Notes: generated by a model not told the origin, from the letters alone. 64,000 nt of DNA from Pseudomonadota bacterium (GCA_023457435.1 JAEWLS010000020.1:19932-83931), one strand, 5' to 3'. Shown: positions 28,233 through 38,151, counted from the first letter of the stretch. Made by a program: numbers and translations.

Positions 28233-31200
28233 TCAGAAGAGGGCGAAGTCGCCAACGAGCTCGTTGCGCGCCAGCCACGGCACCTGCCGCCCTTCGGTCA
28301 GTTCGGAGACGCGACGCTTCACCCCGGCATACAGCTCGGAGGCCTCGATGGCGCCGTTGCGGTCCAGGTCGAAGACGCCGCGCTCGCGCGCGATCACGTC
28401 TGCGACCGCGTTGGTGAACACGCCGCCGCCGACTTGCACCATCTCTTCCGACAGCTGGCGGCCCTTTGCCGCCGAAAAGACCAGCAGACCCGATGGCACA
28501 CGATCGAGCAGACCCTCGGCCGCATCGTCGTTCGTTGCGAACAGTCCGGTACCGGCCGCGCCGGAATGACACGCGTCGAGGAAGACGACCACGCGCGCCT
28601 TCGACGTGACGAGCACCGCCGCGAGGTCGTCCCAGGCGAGCGCGGTCCGTTCGATTGCTTGCGGCTCGGTCGCGCTTGTCGCCATGAAGAAGCGGCCGTC
28701 GGGCGCCGTCAGACCATGTCCGGCGAAGGAGAACACGACAGTGTCGCCCTGCTTGGCCGTTTCGACGATGGCACGGGCGCGGGCCAGGATCGCCTGAGGC
28801 GTGGCTGCCGCATCGGCGAGGTTCTCGGCGACGCCGAGGCCGATCGCACTCCCCTCGATCGAGGCAAGCGCCTGGCGCAGGGTGCCCGCATCGGCGCCGG
28901 CAAAGCGAAGGTCCGCGAGTTCGGGAGCGTCGTAGGTATCGATGCCAACGGTCAGTGCGTGCACCACCGGGCGCGCAGCCGTTCCGCTGGACACGTCGCG
29001 GCCGAGCGGCCGGCTTGCCAGCCCGACGGCGTCGGCGGCAACGATGCTGACCCAGCGCGCGCCGGGAACATGAGCGACGTCGAGATCGTATTTGCCGGTC
29101 CCGGATACCGCGAGGGTGTCGGTGCGAAGCCCATCCTGGTAGACGCGCAGCTCGACCGCGTCGCGCACGTCGAGCGTGCCGGAGACGCGCCCGTCCTCGA
29201 GTTCGAGCGAGCCCAACAGACCCGGCGGCACCCGGATGGAGAGCGGCTCGGCGGCGTAGGTCCGCCCGATGACGCGGGCGACGTGTCCTTCCTTGCGCAG
29301 CTGGTTGCGGAACTGCTGGAAGGTGAAGGCACCCGCCTGCCCCGGAAAGCGCAGGCTCACATAGTTCGCGCCTTCGGCGGTCGAATCGAAGCGCAGATCG
29401 GGCGACCAGGCGACGATCTCGTCGTCGACGTAGCGGCCTTCGAGCAGCGTCGTTCCCGCCGCGGCATCGTAGACGACGAACGAATCGTCGTCGTTGAGCT
29501 GGACCAGGGTGCCGTCCGCTTCCGAATAGCGCATCTCGCGCATCAGCTCGCCGCGAACAAGACGATGGTGCTCGGCCGTCACAGCCATCCCCCCCAAATC
29601 GTAGACGAGGTAGGTCTGGGACTGACGCGACCACACGACAAGCCTGTTGCCGAACAGGCCGGCGTCGAACCCGCAGGTGGAGATGCTGTAGTCGCAGCGC
29701 CCGCCGTTCGGCTGCTGCGGATTCGGCGTGCCAAGCTTGCGCAGGCCTGGCGCGGCGCTGTCGAAGAGGTAGAAGTTTTGTTCGAACGCGCCGCCCGCCG
29801 TCCACTTGCAGGAGAACAGCGTCAGCCAGACGCTGCGCGTTCCGACGCGGAACTCCATTGCGTCGTTGAAGAAGGCGTAGATCTTCGGCGACTGTTCCGT
29901 CGAGTCTTCAGGGACGCAGCCGAACTCCATCTTCGCAAACATGCCGCGGGCCCACGGGACCGTCGCCTCGATACGCTGGGCGATCCTAAGATCGCCGTCC
30001 TCGTCGAGCGGGCCGGCCTTGCGAAAGGCGGGGCGGCCGGGCTCGGCCATCCTTATGCCGAACTCGGCCAGCCGCGACGGCAGCCGGTCGGGAACTGCCC
30101 GCGGCCGCGCGAGCGGTGCGGCGCCACGCCATTGGCCGATCTCGCTGACCGCGAGTTCCTGCGGCGGCGACGGCGCGGCCGCCGGCTTCGAGACAGCGGG
30201 CACCATCGCGGCCTTCATTCGCTCGATCCAGTGGTCGAAATCCGCGGCTCCGGTGGCCTCGTATTCCTCGCTGAACGCAGTGAAGCGCGGCCCGCCACGG
30301 AAATTCCAGTGCTCGGGGATGAATAGCGGCACGGCACCCACAGCCGCCGCCGCTGCCTCCATTTCAGCAAGCGCTTCGCTGATCATCTCTTCGTCGAAGG
30401 TGTCGATGCTGCCGATGACGTCAGATGAAACGCCGCTCAGCCTCGTCACGGCGAAACCCTGTCCGCCGACGCGCAGGGCCATGTCGTTCTCGAGATCGAT
30501 ATTCAGACGCGCCGCCATGGCCGGGCAAGCGGTGCAATCGAGATTCGCCGCGATCGTGCGCTGTTCGACCGGCGGGTTGCGCAGCACGATCGCGCCAAGG
30601 GATGGCTGGCCAACAATCATGAAGCTGTCACGGTTTTCCCAGCCGATGTCCCCGAACGCCCCCTCGCCAAGCACGGCGCCATCGACGGCGTCGAGCAGTT
30701 CGATGCCCTCGCCGAGCTGTGCGACGAGGAACCGACCGGTCGGCGAATAGTGCGGCGCGCTGCCCTCCCGATCTGCGAGCACGGCGCCGCTTGCCTCGTC
30801 GACCAGGCGGTAACGGCCGTCGAAGGTCTCGACGCGGGTCAGCCCGTCAGGCGATGCGATGACGTCTTTCGGGACGGCGAAGCTGAACGGGTCGTCGACC
30901 GAGAATACCGCTTCCGGCGAGACCGAGACGGGAACGGCACCAGCGGCCACGACCTGCGACCATGCCTCGCCGCAGACAAGCGCCGCGACACTGACCGAGA
31001 TGTCGAGCGAGCCAGCGTCGAGAGGCACGATACCGAACGAGCCATCGCGCGGCGCGCCCTCGCCTGAAAGGGCGACCAGTACGCGCGTACGATTCTGCCC
31101 ATCCGGGAGGCCAAACGGTGCCATCGCGCCCGGCATCAGCCCGTAGAAGCCCTCGCCGGCGAAACGAACCGGCCCATCGACGGCGACGACGAGCCGTGTC

Positions 31201-31502
31201 GGCACGGAAACCGCGTCGTGCTCGACGAGCCAGGAAATGCCGACTGGCTTGCCGGCGACGCCGGACTGATCGGCGCCGACCTGGAAAGCGGAGGCCAAAG
31301 CCGCCAGCGCCGCCTTGTCGGCGTCGCAGCTGTTCGCGGAAGGTCTGGCGGCCGCGACCAAGCGCGCCCTGAACGATGCCTCATCGTCGTCTTCACGCCA
31401 GCCGAGTTCCGGCGTCGACCGCTCGGCGAGCGGGTCCTGGGCGAGCGCCGGGGCGATCATGGAAACCGCGAGCGCCGACGCGCAGATGAAGTTCTTGAGC
31501 AC
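28233..31502 (-). CDS. Secreted caspase-family (peptidase C14) protein with long N-terminal beta-rich region
   Basis: Signal peptide MLKNFICASALAVSMIAPALA-Q; C-terminal ALTVGIDTY, FSFAGHG (His), FLDACHSG (Cys), GGVFT, QVP. Confidence 0.88.
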   Translation of the reverse strand: MLKNFICASALAVSMIAPALAQDPLAERSTPELGWREDDDEASFRARLVAAARPSANSCDADKAALAALASAFQVGADQSGVAGKPVGISWLVEHDAVSVPTRLVVAVDGPVRFAGEGFYGLMPGAMAPFGLPDGQNRTRVLVALSGEGAPRDGSFGIVPLDAGSLDISVSVAALVCGEAWSQVVAAGAVPVSVSPEAVFSVDDPFSFAVPKDVIASPDGLTRVETFDGRYRLVDEASGAVLADREGSAPHYSPTGRFLVAQLGEGIELLDAVDGAVLGEGAFGDIGWENRDSFMIVGQPSLGAIVLRNPPVEQRTIAANLDCTACPAMAARLNIDLENDMALRVGGQGFAVTRLSGVSSDVIGSIDTFDEEMISEALAEMEAAAAAVGAVPLFIPEHWNFRGGPRFTAFSEEYEATGAADFDHWIERMKAAMVPAVSKPAAAPSPPQELAVSEIGQWRGAAPLARPRAVPDRLPSRLAEFGIRMAEPGRPAFRKAGPLDEDGDLRIAQRIEATVPWARGMFAKMEFGCVPEDSTEQSPKIYAFFNDAMEFRVGTRSVWLTLFSCKWTAGGAFEQNFYLFDSAAPGLRKLGTPNPQQPNGGRCDYSISTCGFDAGLFGNRLVVWSRQSQTYLVYDLGGMAVTAEHHRLVRGELMREMRYSEADGTLVQLNDDDSFVVYDAAAGTTLLEGRYVDDEIVAWSPDLRFDSTAEGANYVSLRFPGQAGAFTFQQFRNQLRKEGHVARVIGRTYAAEPLSIRVPPGLLGSLELEDGRVSGTLDVRDAVELRVYQDGLRTDTLAVSGTGKYDLDVAHVPGARWVSIVAADAVGLASRPLGRDVSSGTAARPVVHALTVGIDTYDAPELADLRFAGADAGTLRQALASIEGSAIGLGVAENLADAAATPQAILARARAIVETAKQGDTVVFSFAGHGLTAPDGRFFMATSATEPQAIERTALAWDDLAAVLVTSKARVVVFLDACHSGAAGTGLFATNDDAAEGLLDRVPSGLLVFSAAKGRQLSEEMVQVGGGVFTNAVADVIARERGVFDLDRNGAIEASELYAGVKRRVSELTEGRQVPWLARNELVGDFALF

Positions 31503-31559
31503 GAAATCGATCCCCCGCCGACCGCCCGCACCGTCGCGGGCGATCTGGGCAGAAAAGCG

Positions 31560-32666
31560 TCAGGCCGAAGCCTGGCTGTCTTCCGCCAGCGGGTAGTCGA
31601 GATAGCCGCTCGCCCCAAGGTCGTACAGGTTGGAGCGATTGAGCTGATTCAACGGCAAACCATGCCGGAAGCGATGGACCAGATCGGCATTGGCAATGAA
31701 CGGCCGGCCGAACGATATCATGTCGGCGTGACCGCTTCGGATGGCCGCGTTGCCACTTTCGTATGTGTGGCGGTTGTTGGCGATGTAGACGCCGCTGAAA
31801 CGCGACCGGAGCTTGTCGAAATCGATACGCTGCGCGTCCGTCAGATTGCCGGTGTCACCTTCCACCACGTCGAGGAACGCGATTCCCATTTGCTCCAGCC
31901 CCTCAACCACGCAGCAGAAAAGCTTCTCCGGATCTGAGTCGACGATCTCGTAGAGCGTGGGGTTGGTCGGCGAGATGCGAACGCCGACGCGGTCGCGTCC
32001 CCAGACGCCCACCACGGCCTCCACCACCTCGAGCAGGAACCGGCGGCGGTTCTCCATGGAGCCGCCATAGGCATCAGTGCGCTTGTTGGTGGAATCGCGC
32101 AGGAACTGGTCCAGCAGGTATCCGTTGCCGGAGTGCACCTCGACAAGGTCGAAGCCTGCCTGCCTCGCGAAGGTCGCAGCGCGCCGATACTCTTCGACAA
32201 TGCTTGGGATCTCTTCGATCTTCAGTTCGCGCGGCGTGAAAACGAGCGGGAGTCGCCCTTCGGGCGTGCGGATCGTGCCCTTTGCGGGGATTGCGGACGG
32301 ACCGAACGGCACTTCTCCGCGCGGGTGCATGCTTGGGTGGAGGTTGTGGCCGCAATGGAAGAGCTGGAGCACCATGTGCCCGCCCTTGGCGTGAACCGCG
32401 TCGGTGACACGCTTCCAGCCGGCGGCATGCTCCGCGTTGAAAATGTACGGACAGTAGACGAGGCCGGCGCCTTCGGCGGAGATCGCGGTGGATTCGGCGA
32501 AGACCAAGCCGGCTTCGGCTCGCGACGAATAATACTCTACGTTGAGATCGTTCGGGACACCGCCGGGCGAGCGCGCCCGAGTCATCGGCGACATGACGAT
32601 GCGGTTCTTGAGCTGCAGCGGCCCGACCTTGATCGGCCTGAACAGTTCGACGTTTTCGGCCGACAT
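31560..32666 (-). CDS. Alkene reductase, old yellow enzyme family (NemA-like)
   Basis: LKNRIVMSPMTRAR, EVHSGNGYLLDQF, NKRTDAYGGS, FGRPFIANADL. Confidence 0.93.
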   Translation of the reverse strand: MSAENVELFRPIKVGPLQLKNRIVMSPMTRARSPGGVPNDLNVEYYSSRAEAGLVFAESTAISAEGAGLVYCPYIFNAEHAAGWKRVTDAVHAKGGHMVLQLFHCGHNLHPSMHPRGEVPFGPSAIPAKGTIRTPEGRLPLVFTPRELKIEEIPSIVEEYRRAATFARQAGFDLVEVHSGNGYLLDQFLRDSTNKRTDAYGGSMENRRRFLLEVVEAVVGVWGRDRVGVRISPTNPTLYEIVDSDPEKLFCCVVEGLEQMGIAFLDVVEGDTGNLTDAQRIDFDKLRSRFSGVYIANNRHTYESGNAAIRSGHADMISFGRPFIANADLVHRFRHGLPLNQLNRSNLYDLGASGYLDYPLAEDSQASA

Positions 32667-32679
32667 CGGCGCCTCCGCC

Positions 32680-33207
32680 TTAGCGCTTCGCCGCTGCCCG
32701 CTGGAGCGGGCGCGCATAGGAGGGGTCAGCCTTGTCCCAGGAACCTGCGGGATAACCGTTCGGCGTGGCGAAGATCGTCGCGTCCGCCTCGGCACGCCAG
32801 TCGATGTAGAGCTTGCGCAGCTTGATCTTCCACTCGCCGTTTTCCTTCGTGAGCTGATCGATGTAGCGGCCGCCCCCGATAATCACGGTCTTCTCGTTGC
32901 GGCGGCGCAGCGCATAGAAGCAGTACGACTCGGCGTGCGCCGTATCGCCGTCGATCTCGCAATTGTGCGTCGTGATGTTGTGGGTGTGCGAGAGCGTGTG
33001 CTCGGCATGAAAGTCGTTGGCCCACTTGGTGAACTCCACCGGGCCGCCCTCGAACGGGCCGTGCTCGTCGAACCCGTCGGCGTGATAGACGCTCATGATG
33101 ATGTCTTCGTCATGCCGGTCGATGCCGCGTGCGTAGCGGTTGACGCAATCGAGAATCGCCTGCCGGTCGAGCAGGTACTGGACTTCCGGGATCGATGAGC
33201 TGAGCAT
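32680..33207 (-). CDS. SnoaL/NTF2-like protein (LinA/BaiE-like subgroup)
   Basis: LLDRQAILDCVNRYARGIDRHD, THNITTH, GDTAHAESY, GGRYIDQL..W.I..R. Confidence 0.85.
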   Translation of the reverse strand: MLSSSIPEVQYLLDRQAILDCVNRYARGIDRHDEDIIMSVYHADGFDEHGPFEGGPVEFTKWANDFHAEHTLSHTHNITTHNCEIDGDTAHAESYCFYALRRRNEKTVIIGGGRYIDQLTKENGEWKIKLRKLYIDWRAEADATIFATPNGYPAGSWDKADPSYARPLQRAAAKR

Positions 33208-33243
33208 AGGTTCCTCCGCAGCGGCACCGCTCAAGGTGCCTCT

Positions 33244-33261
33244 ATGTATGGCCTATAACAT
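33244..33261. promoter_or_regulatory. Putative MarR operator upstream of the SnoaL gene
   Basis: ATGTATGGCCTATAACAT, imperfect inverted repeat with a TATAAC half-site. Confidence 0.45.
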
Positions 33262-33367
33262 TTATGCCGACGCAACAACCTGGTGACGTTGCGAAATGCG
33301 TCTCCCTCCGGGGCGCCGAGGGTTCGGCGGCCCTTGCGTCACCGCCTTTCCGAGACTAGGATCGATT

Positions 33368-33390
33368 TTGTTATGAAGGAGACATAACAA
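33368..33390. promoter_or_regulatory. Putative MarR operator upstream of dctP
   Basis: TTGTTATG-N7-CATAACAA perfect 8-bp inverted repeat. Confidence 0.6.
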
Positions 33391-33409
33391 TCATCCGGGA
33401 GGAAATTCG

Positions 33410-34411
33410 ATGGTTCGTTTGAAGGCTCTGACGCTGGCCGTTTCGGCCGCGATGGCGCTCACGATCGGCTCGGCCGTGGCGCAGGAAGACTGGAAGCTCG
33501 CATCGGCGAAACGTGCGCCGGATGTCGGGGCGCAGTTCGATCAGGAATTCGCCGACGCGGTGGTCAACAATTCGGGCGGCGCGGGGAAGATCGAAATCCA
33601 GTTCGTCGGCAACGAGCAGGAAATGGTCCAGCAAGTGCTGCGCGGACGCCTGCAATTCGGCGTGACCTCACCGCTCGGCCTGGCCGCCGCCATCCCAGAG
33701 ATGGCCGTATTCAACACGCCTTACCTGTGGCTGTCGCGCGCCGAGCGCGACTACGTATACACCAACCACCTCGTCGAGCCCCTCAAGAAGATGTTCGAGG
33801 ACAAGGGGCTGGTGCTGCTGTCGATACAGGACGCCGGCTACAGTGGCGTGTTCTGCAAGATGGACTGCTCGGACCCGGCGTCGCTCAAGGGCCAGAAGAC
33901 CCGCGTGTCGCCGAGCGCGGCCAGCAAGATGTTCTACGAGTCGCTTGGCGCGATTCCCCTGCAGCTGCCTCTTGCCGACGTCTGGCCCGCTCTCGAGCAG
34001 AACCTCGTCGTCGCCGGCGACCTGCCGCTGGGCTTTTTCTCGACGACGCCAGGCGCTGCTACCGCGAAGCACTTCGTCATCACCCAGCACACGCACAGCT
34101 CATGGCTGTACTTCGCCAACAAGGGCGTGTGGGACTCGCTGAAGCCTGATGCACAAAAAGCGATCGTCGCTGCGATGCCGGCGCCACTGGTTACAAGCGA
34201 TCGTCTCGAGGCGTTCCAGGATGAAGCCGGCAAGACCTACACCAGCAAGGGCGGCACTGTGTATCGCCTGACGGACGAGCAGCGGGCCGGCTGGGCAGCG
34301 CTGGTCTCCCCAAATATCCCAACCTTCGTCGGCACGCTCAGCCCTGGCTCACAGGAGCTCTTCAAGATCATCGAGAAGGGCAAGCAAGAGTTCGCTGCGA
34401 AGAAGAGCTGA
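33410..34411 (+). CDS. dctP: TRAP substrate-binding protein DctP
   Basis: Signal peptide, GNEQEMVQQV, FNTPYL, LKGQKTRV, DVWPALEQ. Confidence 0.88.
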   Translation: MVRLKALTLAVSAAMALTIGSAVAQEDWKLASAKRAPDVGAQFDQEFADAVVNNSGGAGKIEIQFVGNEQEMVQQVLRGRLQFGVTSPLGLAAAIPEMAVFNTPYLWLSRAERDYVYTNHLVEPLKKMFEDKGLVLLSIQDAGYSGVFCKMDCSDPASLKGQKTRVSPSAASKMFYESLGAIPLQLPLADVWPALEQNLVVAGDLPLGFFSTTPGAATAKHFVITQHTHSSWLYFANKGVWDSLKPDAQKAIVAAMPAPLVTSDRLEAFQDEAGKTYTSKGGTVYRLTDEQRAGWAALVSPNIPTFVGTLSPGSQELFKIIEKGKQEFAAKKS

Positions 34412-34509
34412 TCGGCTTTTTATCCCTCGCCGCCATGCGGCGGGGGACTACCTCCCCGCCGTGGGGATCGGCGTGCAGGTATCTTCACGACATGCCTGGC
34501 TGGTGAACC

Positions 34510-35049
34510 ATGAACGAGCACGCTTCGGCCGAGCAGCGGAGCAGCGCATCTCGCGCGCTCGGCACCGCGTTCGACTGGCTTACCCGCGCCGAATGCTTCT
34601 TCGCGGTGGTATGCCTTTGCACTTCCGCCGGCGCACTTGTCGCCGATATCGTATCGCGCGAGTTGTTTAGCACCGGGCTGTTCGGGTCGCTCCGCGTCGC
34701 GGTGTACGCGACAGCGCTCGCCGCATTGTCCGGTTTCGCCATTTGCGTCGCTACCGGCACTCACCTTCGCGTCACGGTGCTCGACAATGTCGTTCCGCCC
34801 AAGCTGCGCCCGGCGGTGCAGCGCGCCGGCAACGCCGTGTCCTTCGCCATCTGCATGTTCTTCGCCTACTGGTCGCTCTTCTACGTTCGCCAGACGTATG
34901 GAATCGGCGAAACCGACCCGTCTTTGCAAATTCAGGTCTGGCCCATGCAAAGCATCCTCATCTGGATGTTCGTGTCGGGCGGCATCCGTTACCTCGCTTA
35001 CGCGGTGTTCCCCGAGCTCGAACCGCGCGAAGCGGAGCTGGCCCAATGA
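34510..35049 (+). CDS. dctQ: TRAP small permease
   Basis: Four TM segments, ADIVSREL, GTHLRV; position in the operon. Confidence 0.82.
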   Translation: MNEHASAEQRSSASRALGTAFDWLTRAECFFAVVCLCTSAGALVADIVSRELFSTGLFGSLRVAVYATALAALSGFAICVATGTHLRVTVLDNVVPPKLRPAVQRAGNAVSFAICMFFAYWSLFYVRQTYGIGETDPSLQIQVWPMQSILIWMFVSGGIRYLAYAVFPELEPREAELAQ

Positions 35050-36308
35050 GCTTCGCGCTTGTCCCGATCTTTGTGCTGCTGACGTTCCTCCGGCAGAACA
35101 TCATTCTGACGCTCGCTGTACTGGTCGGACTGATCCACATGTACGTGGCCTCGCACAGTTCGATCGAATATCTGATCCAGGATTTGTGGTTCACGCTCGA
35201 CCGCGAATTGCTGCTGTCCATCCCGATGTTCATCTTCGCCGGCGTGATCATGTCACGCGGCTCGATCGCGGCGCGGCTAGTACGTATCATGACCGCACTG
35301 ACCGGACCTCTGCCAGGCGGCCTGGGCATAGCGTCGATCCTAGCGATGGGCGCCTTCTCGTCGATCTCCGGCTCAGCCATCGTGACCATGATGGCGGTTG
35401 GCGCGCTAATGTATCCGGCGATGATCAAGGCGGGCTACGGCGTTCACTATTCGCTCGGCGTGCTCGCCTCCTGCGGCACACTCGGCGTGATCATCCCGCC
35501 CAGTCTGCTTATGATCCTCTACGGGATATCCACGGACGTTTCCGTGACGGACATGTTCAAGGCCGGCTGGGGCCCCGGTTTGCTCATGATCCTTCTTATG
35601 TCGGGATACACGCTCTACGTGAACCGACATCTGCCGACCGAGCGCTTCAACCCGCGTGAATTGTGGTTGGCGCTGCGTGATGGCATCTCCGCCATCATGA
35701 TGCCGGTAATCCTGCTCGGCGGCATCTACTCGGGCTACTTCACTGTCACCGAGGCGGCGGCAGTGTCTCTGGCCTACGCCCTCATCGTCGAAATGCTGAT
35801 CCACCGCGAGCTCACCGTGAAGGAGGTGTACGGGATCGGCGTCGAGACCATCAAGCTGCTCGGCAGTCTGATGCCGTTGGTGGCGATCGCCGGCAGCCTG
35901 AATGTCATCCTAGACTATGAGGGCGTCCCCCAGGCACTTGTCCGATTCTTCCAAGTGTATCTCGACAATTCCTGGGAGATGCTGATCGCGGTCAATCTGC
36001 TGCTGCTGCTCGCCGGAGCGCTGATGGACGAAGGCTCGGCCATCATCATCCTGTCGCCGCTTCTGGCGCCGATCGGCGCTTCCTATGGCTACGACCCAGT
36101 GCACTTCGCGATCATCGTGATCGTCAATCTGCAGATGGGCTACGTAGTGCCGCCCGTAGCGATCAACCTCATCATAGCTGCAACCGTCTTTAAGCAGAGT
36201 TTTCTTACCGCATCTCGTGCAGTTGTACCGTTCATTTCAATCATGCTGCTGGTGCTGCTACTGGTTATCATTTTTCCACAGCTCTCGCTATTCTACGCGG
36301 GCCGCTAG
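35046..36308 (+). CDS. dctM: TRAP large permease
   Basis: LLSIPMFIFAG, ISGSA, LGVIIPPS, GYFTVTEAA; start MSFALVP. Confidence 0.92.
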   Translation: MSFALVPIFVLLTFLRQNIILTLAVLVGLIHMYVASHSSIEYLIQDLWFTLDRELLLSIPMFIFAGVIMSRGSIAARLVRIMTALTGPLPGGLGIASILAMGAFSSISGSAIVTMMAVGALMYPAMIKAGYGVHYSLGVLASCGTLGVIIPPSLLMILYGISTDVSVTDMFKAGWGPGLLMILLMSGYTLYVNRHLPTERFNPRELWLALRDGISAIMMPVILLGGIYSGYFTVTEAAAVSLAYALIVEMLIHRELTVKEVYGIGVETIKLLGSLMPLVAIAGSLNVILDYEGVPQALVRFFQVYLDNSWEMLIAVNLLLLLAGALMDEGSAIIILSPLLAPIGASYGYDPVHFAIIVIVNLQMGYVVPPVAINLIIAATVFKQSFLTASRAVVPFISIMLLVLLLVIIFPQLSLFYAGR

Positions 36309-36357
36309 AGCCACATGTAACAAGCTGCTACCTGCGTAGACGAGCGGAGATGATGTC

Positions 36358-36945
36358 TTGATGCCGAGTGCCCGACGAATACCCAGTTCTGGAGCTGAGC
36401 ACGCACCGAGTGACCGTGCCGCAGCCAGCAGGCGCGCACGGACCTTGAAATTGGCGCGAGACGGGGGCGCGCCGGCAGCACCTGCGCCCACCGCCAACCC
36501 GCTCGACCACGTCATCGGCTACAAGCTGCGCCGCGCGCAGCTTCTGACCTTTCAGGAGTTCATCGAGTTCTTCGCGCGGGTGAAGCTGAGGCCTGCGGAG
36601 TTCGCGCTGATCTCCGTGCTGGAAAGGTGCCCCGGCCTCAGCCAAACCGACGCCGCCAGCATGCTGGGCGTGAAACGCGCGAACTTCGTCTCCCTGCTGG
36701 ATTCCCTAGAGCGCCGCGAGATCGCAGTGCGCTGCCCGGTACAGGGAGATCGCCGCTCGCGAGCGCTGCATCTAACGGACAAAGGTCTAAAGCTTGCCGC
36801 CAAGGCGGCGCGCATAGCGGCCGCGTATGACGACATGCTGATCAATCGCCTCGGCGGAATCGAGGAGCGTGACCTGTTCCTCGATATGCTGGACCGCCTG
36901 ACCGGCAAGGCGGCGCCGAAGAACGGCGCCGCGCCCGGCGGCTGA
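36358..36945 (+). CDS. MarR family regulator (CouR/FerC-like)
   Basis: IGYKLRRAQ, LRPAEF, PGLSQ, RANFVSLLDSLE, DRRSRALHLT. Confidence 0.88.
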   Translation: MMPSARRIPSSGAEHAPSDRAAASRRARTLKLARDGGAPAAPAPTANPLDHVIGYKLRRAQLLTFQEFIEFFARVKLRPAEFALISVLERCPGLSQTDAASMLGVKRANFVSLLDSLERREIAVRCPVQGDRRSRALHLTDKGLKLAAKAARIAAAYDDMLINRLGGIEERDLFLDMLDRLTGKAAPKNGAAPGG

Positions 36946-36953
36946 CTGGCTTG

Positions 36954-37997
36954 CTACCTGCCCTCAATCTCGCGGCGGACGATCGCGGCCCCGTCTGCCA
37001 TGGCCTTCATCTTGCCGAAAGCCGTGTCGCGCGGGAGGTACTTCAACCCGCAGTCGGGCGCGATCACCAGCTTCTCTGGCGCCACGTAGGGTAGCGCGCG
37101 GCGGATGCGCTCCGCGACCTTCTCCGGCGTTTCGACCCACGGATCCGAGAGGTCGAGCACGCCTAGGATGATCGTCTTGCCGCGCAGCTTTTCCAGCACC
37201 GAGCAGTCGAGCTTCGACTGGGCAGTCTCGATCGAGACTGCCTTGACCGGCGAGGCAGCGAACTCCGGCAGGAACGAATAGCCCTCGGGACGTTCGTGAA
37301 TGATGGCGGCGTAGCCGAAGCAGATGTGCGCCGCGGTCTCTCCGGTGACGCCTTCCAGCGCACGGTTCAGAGCCTTGAGGCCATACTCGCGCGCCTTTTG
37401 CGGCCTCGCCTGCATGTAGGGCTCGTCGATCTGGACGAAGTCGGCACCGGCGGCGAACAGGTCCTTGATCTCTTCGTTGACGGCGGCGGCGTAGTCGAGG
37501 GCAAGTTCCTCCTCGGACTTGTAGAAGTCGTTCTGCGCCTGCTGTGCCATCGTGAACGGGCCAGGCACGGTGATCTTGATCTTGTGGTCGGTGTTGGCGC
37601 GCAGGAATTGCACGTCGCGCACCTCGACGGCGTGACGGCGCTTGATCTTGCCGACGACGCGCGGAACGGGATTGGGATGGCCCGATCGATCGAGCGCGCT
37701 TCCCGGATTGTCGATGTCGACGCCGTCGAGCGCGGTGGCGAAGCGGTTCGAGTAGCTTTCGCGGCGCATCTCGCCGTCAGTGATTATGTCGAGGCCGGCG
37801 CGCTCCTGAGCCCGGATCGCCATGATGGTGGCATCGTCCTGCGCCTCCTCCAGGAACTCGGGCGCGGGGCGCCAGAGTTCGCGGGCGCGCACGCGCGGCG
37901 GAAATCGGCCGGCGAGCTTCTTGCGATCGATCAGCCACTCGGGCTGGGCGTATGAGCCGACCAGCGAGGTCGGCAGCAGCGGCAGTTCAAGCGACAT
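36954..37997 (-). CDS. Cobalamin-independent methionine synthase II family, single-domain MetE-like protein
   Basis: LVGSY, GLDIITDGEMRR, QIDEP, Zn ligands HICFG and PDCG; only 347 aa. Confidence 0.88.
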   Translation of the reverse strand: MSLELPLLPTSLVGSYAQPEWLIDRKKLAGRFPPRVRARELWRPAPEFLEEAQDDATIMAIRAQERAGLDIITDGEMRRESYSNRFATALDGVDIDNPGSALDRSGHPNPVPRVVGKIKRRHAVEVRDVQFLRANTDHKIKITVPGPFTMAQQAQNDFYKSEEELALDYAAAVNEEIKDLFAAGADFVQIDEPYMQARPQKAREYGLKALNRALEGVTGETAAHICFGYAAIIHERPEGYSFLPEFAASPVKAVSIETAQSKLDCSVLEKLRGKTIILGVLDLSDPWVETPEKVAERIRRALPYVAPEKLVIAPDCGLKYLPRDTAFGKMKAMADGAAIVRREIEGR

Positions 37998-38100
37998 CGT
38001 TCCTCCCTTGCGCTCGTAAGCGTCGCGGGAGCGTCGAGGAAAAGCGAGACCGCGTCAACCGGCTTCCGCCTTGCGACGAAACGTTCGGCATGCGGAAACA

Positions 38101-38130
38101 CGAAAGGCCGGGACGTTTCCGCCCCGGCCT
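38101..38130 (-). terminator. Putative intrinsic terminator after the SBP gene
   Basis: AGGCCGGG...CCCGGCCT stem with a short T-run on the minus strand. Confidence 0.5.
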
Positions 38131-38151
38131 CTGCTTCATTACACCCGGCTC

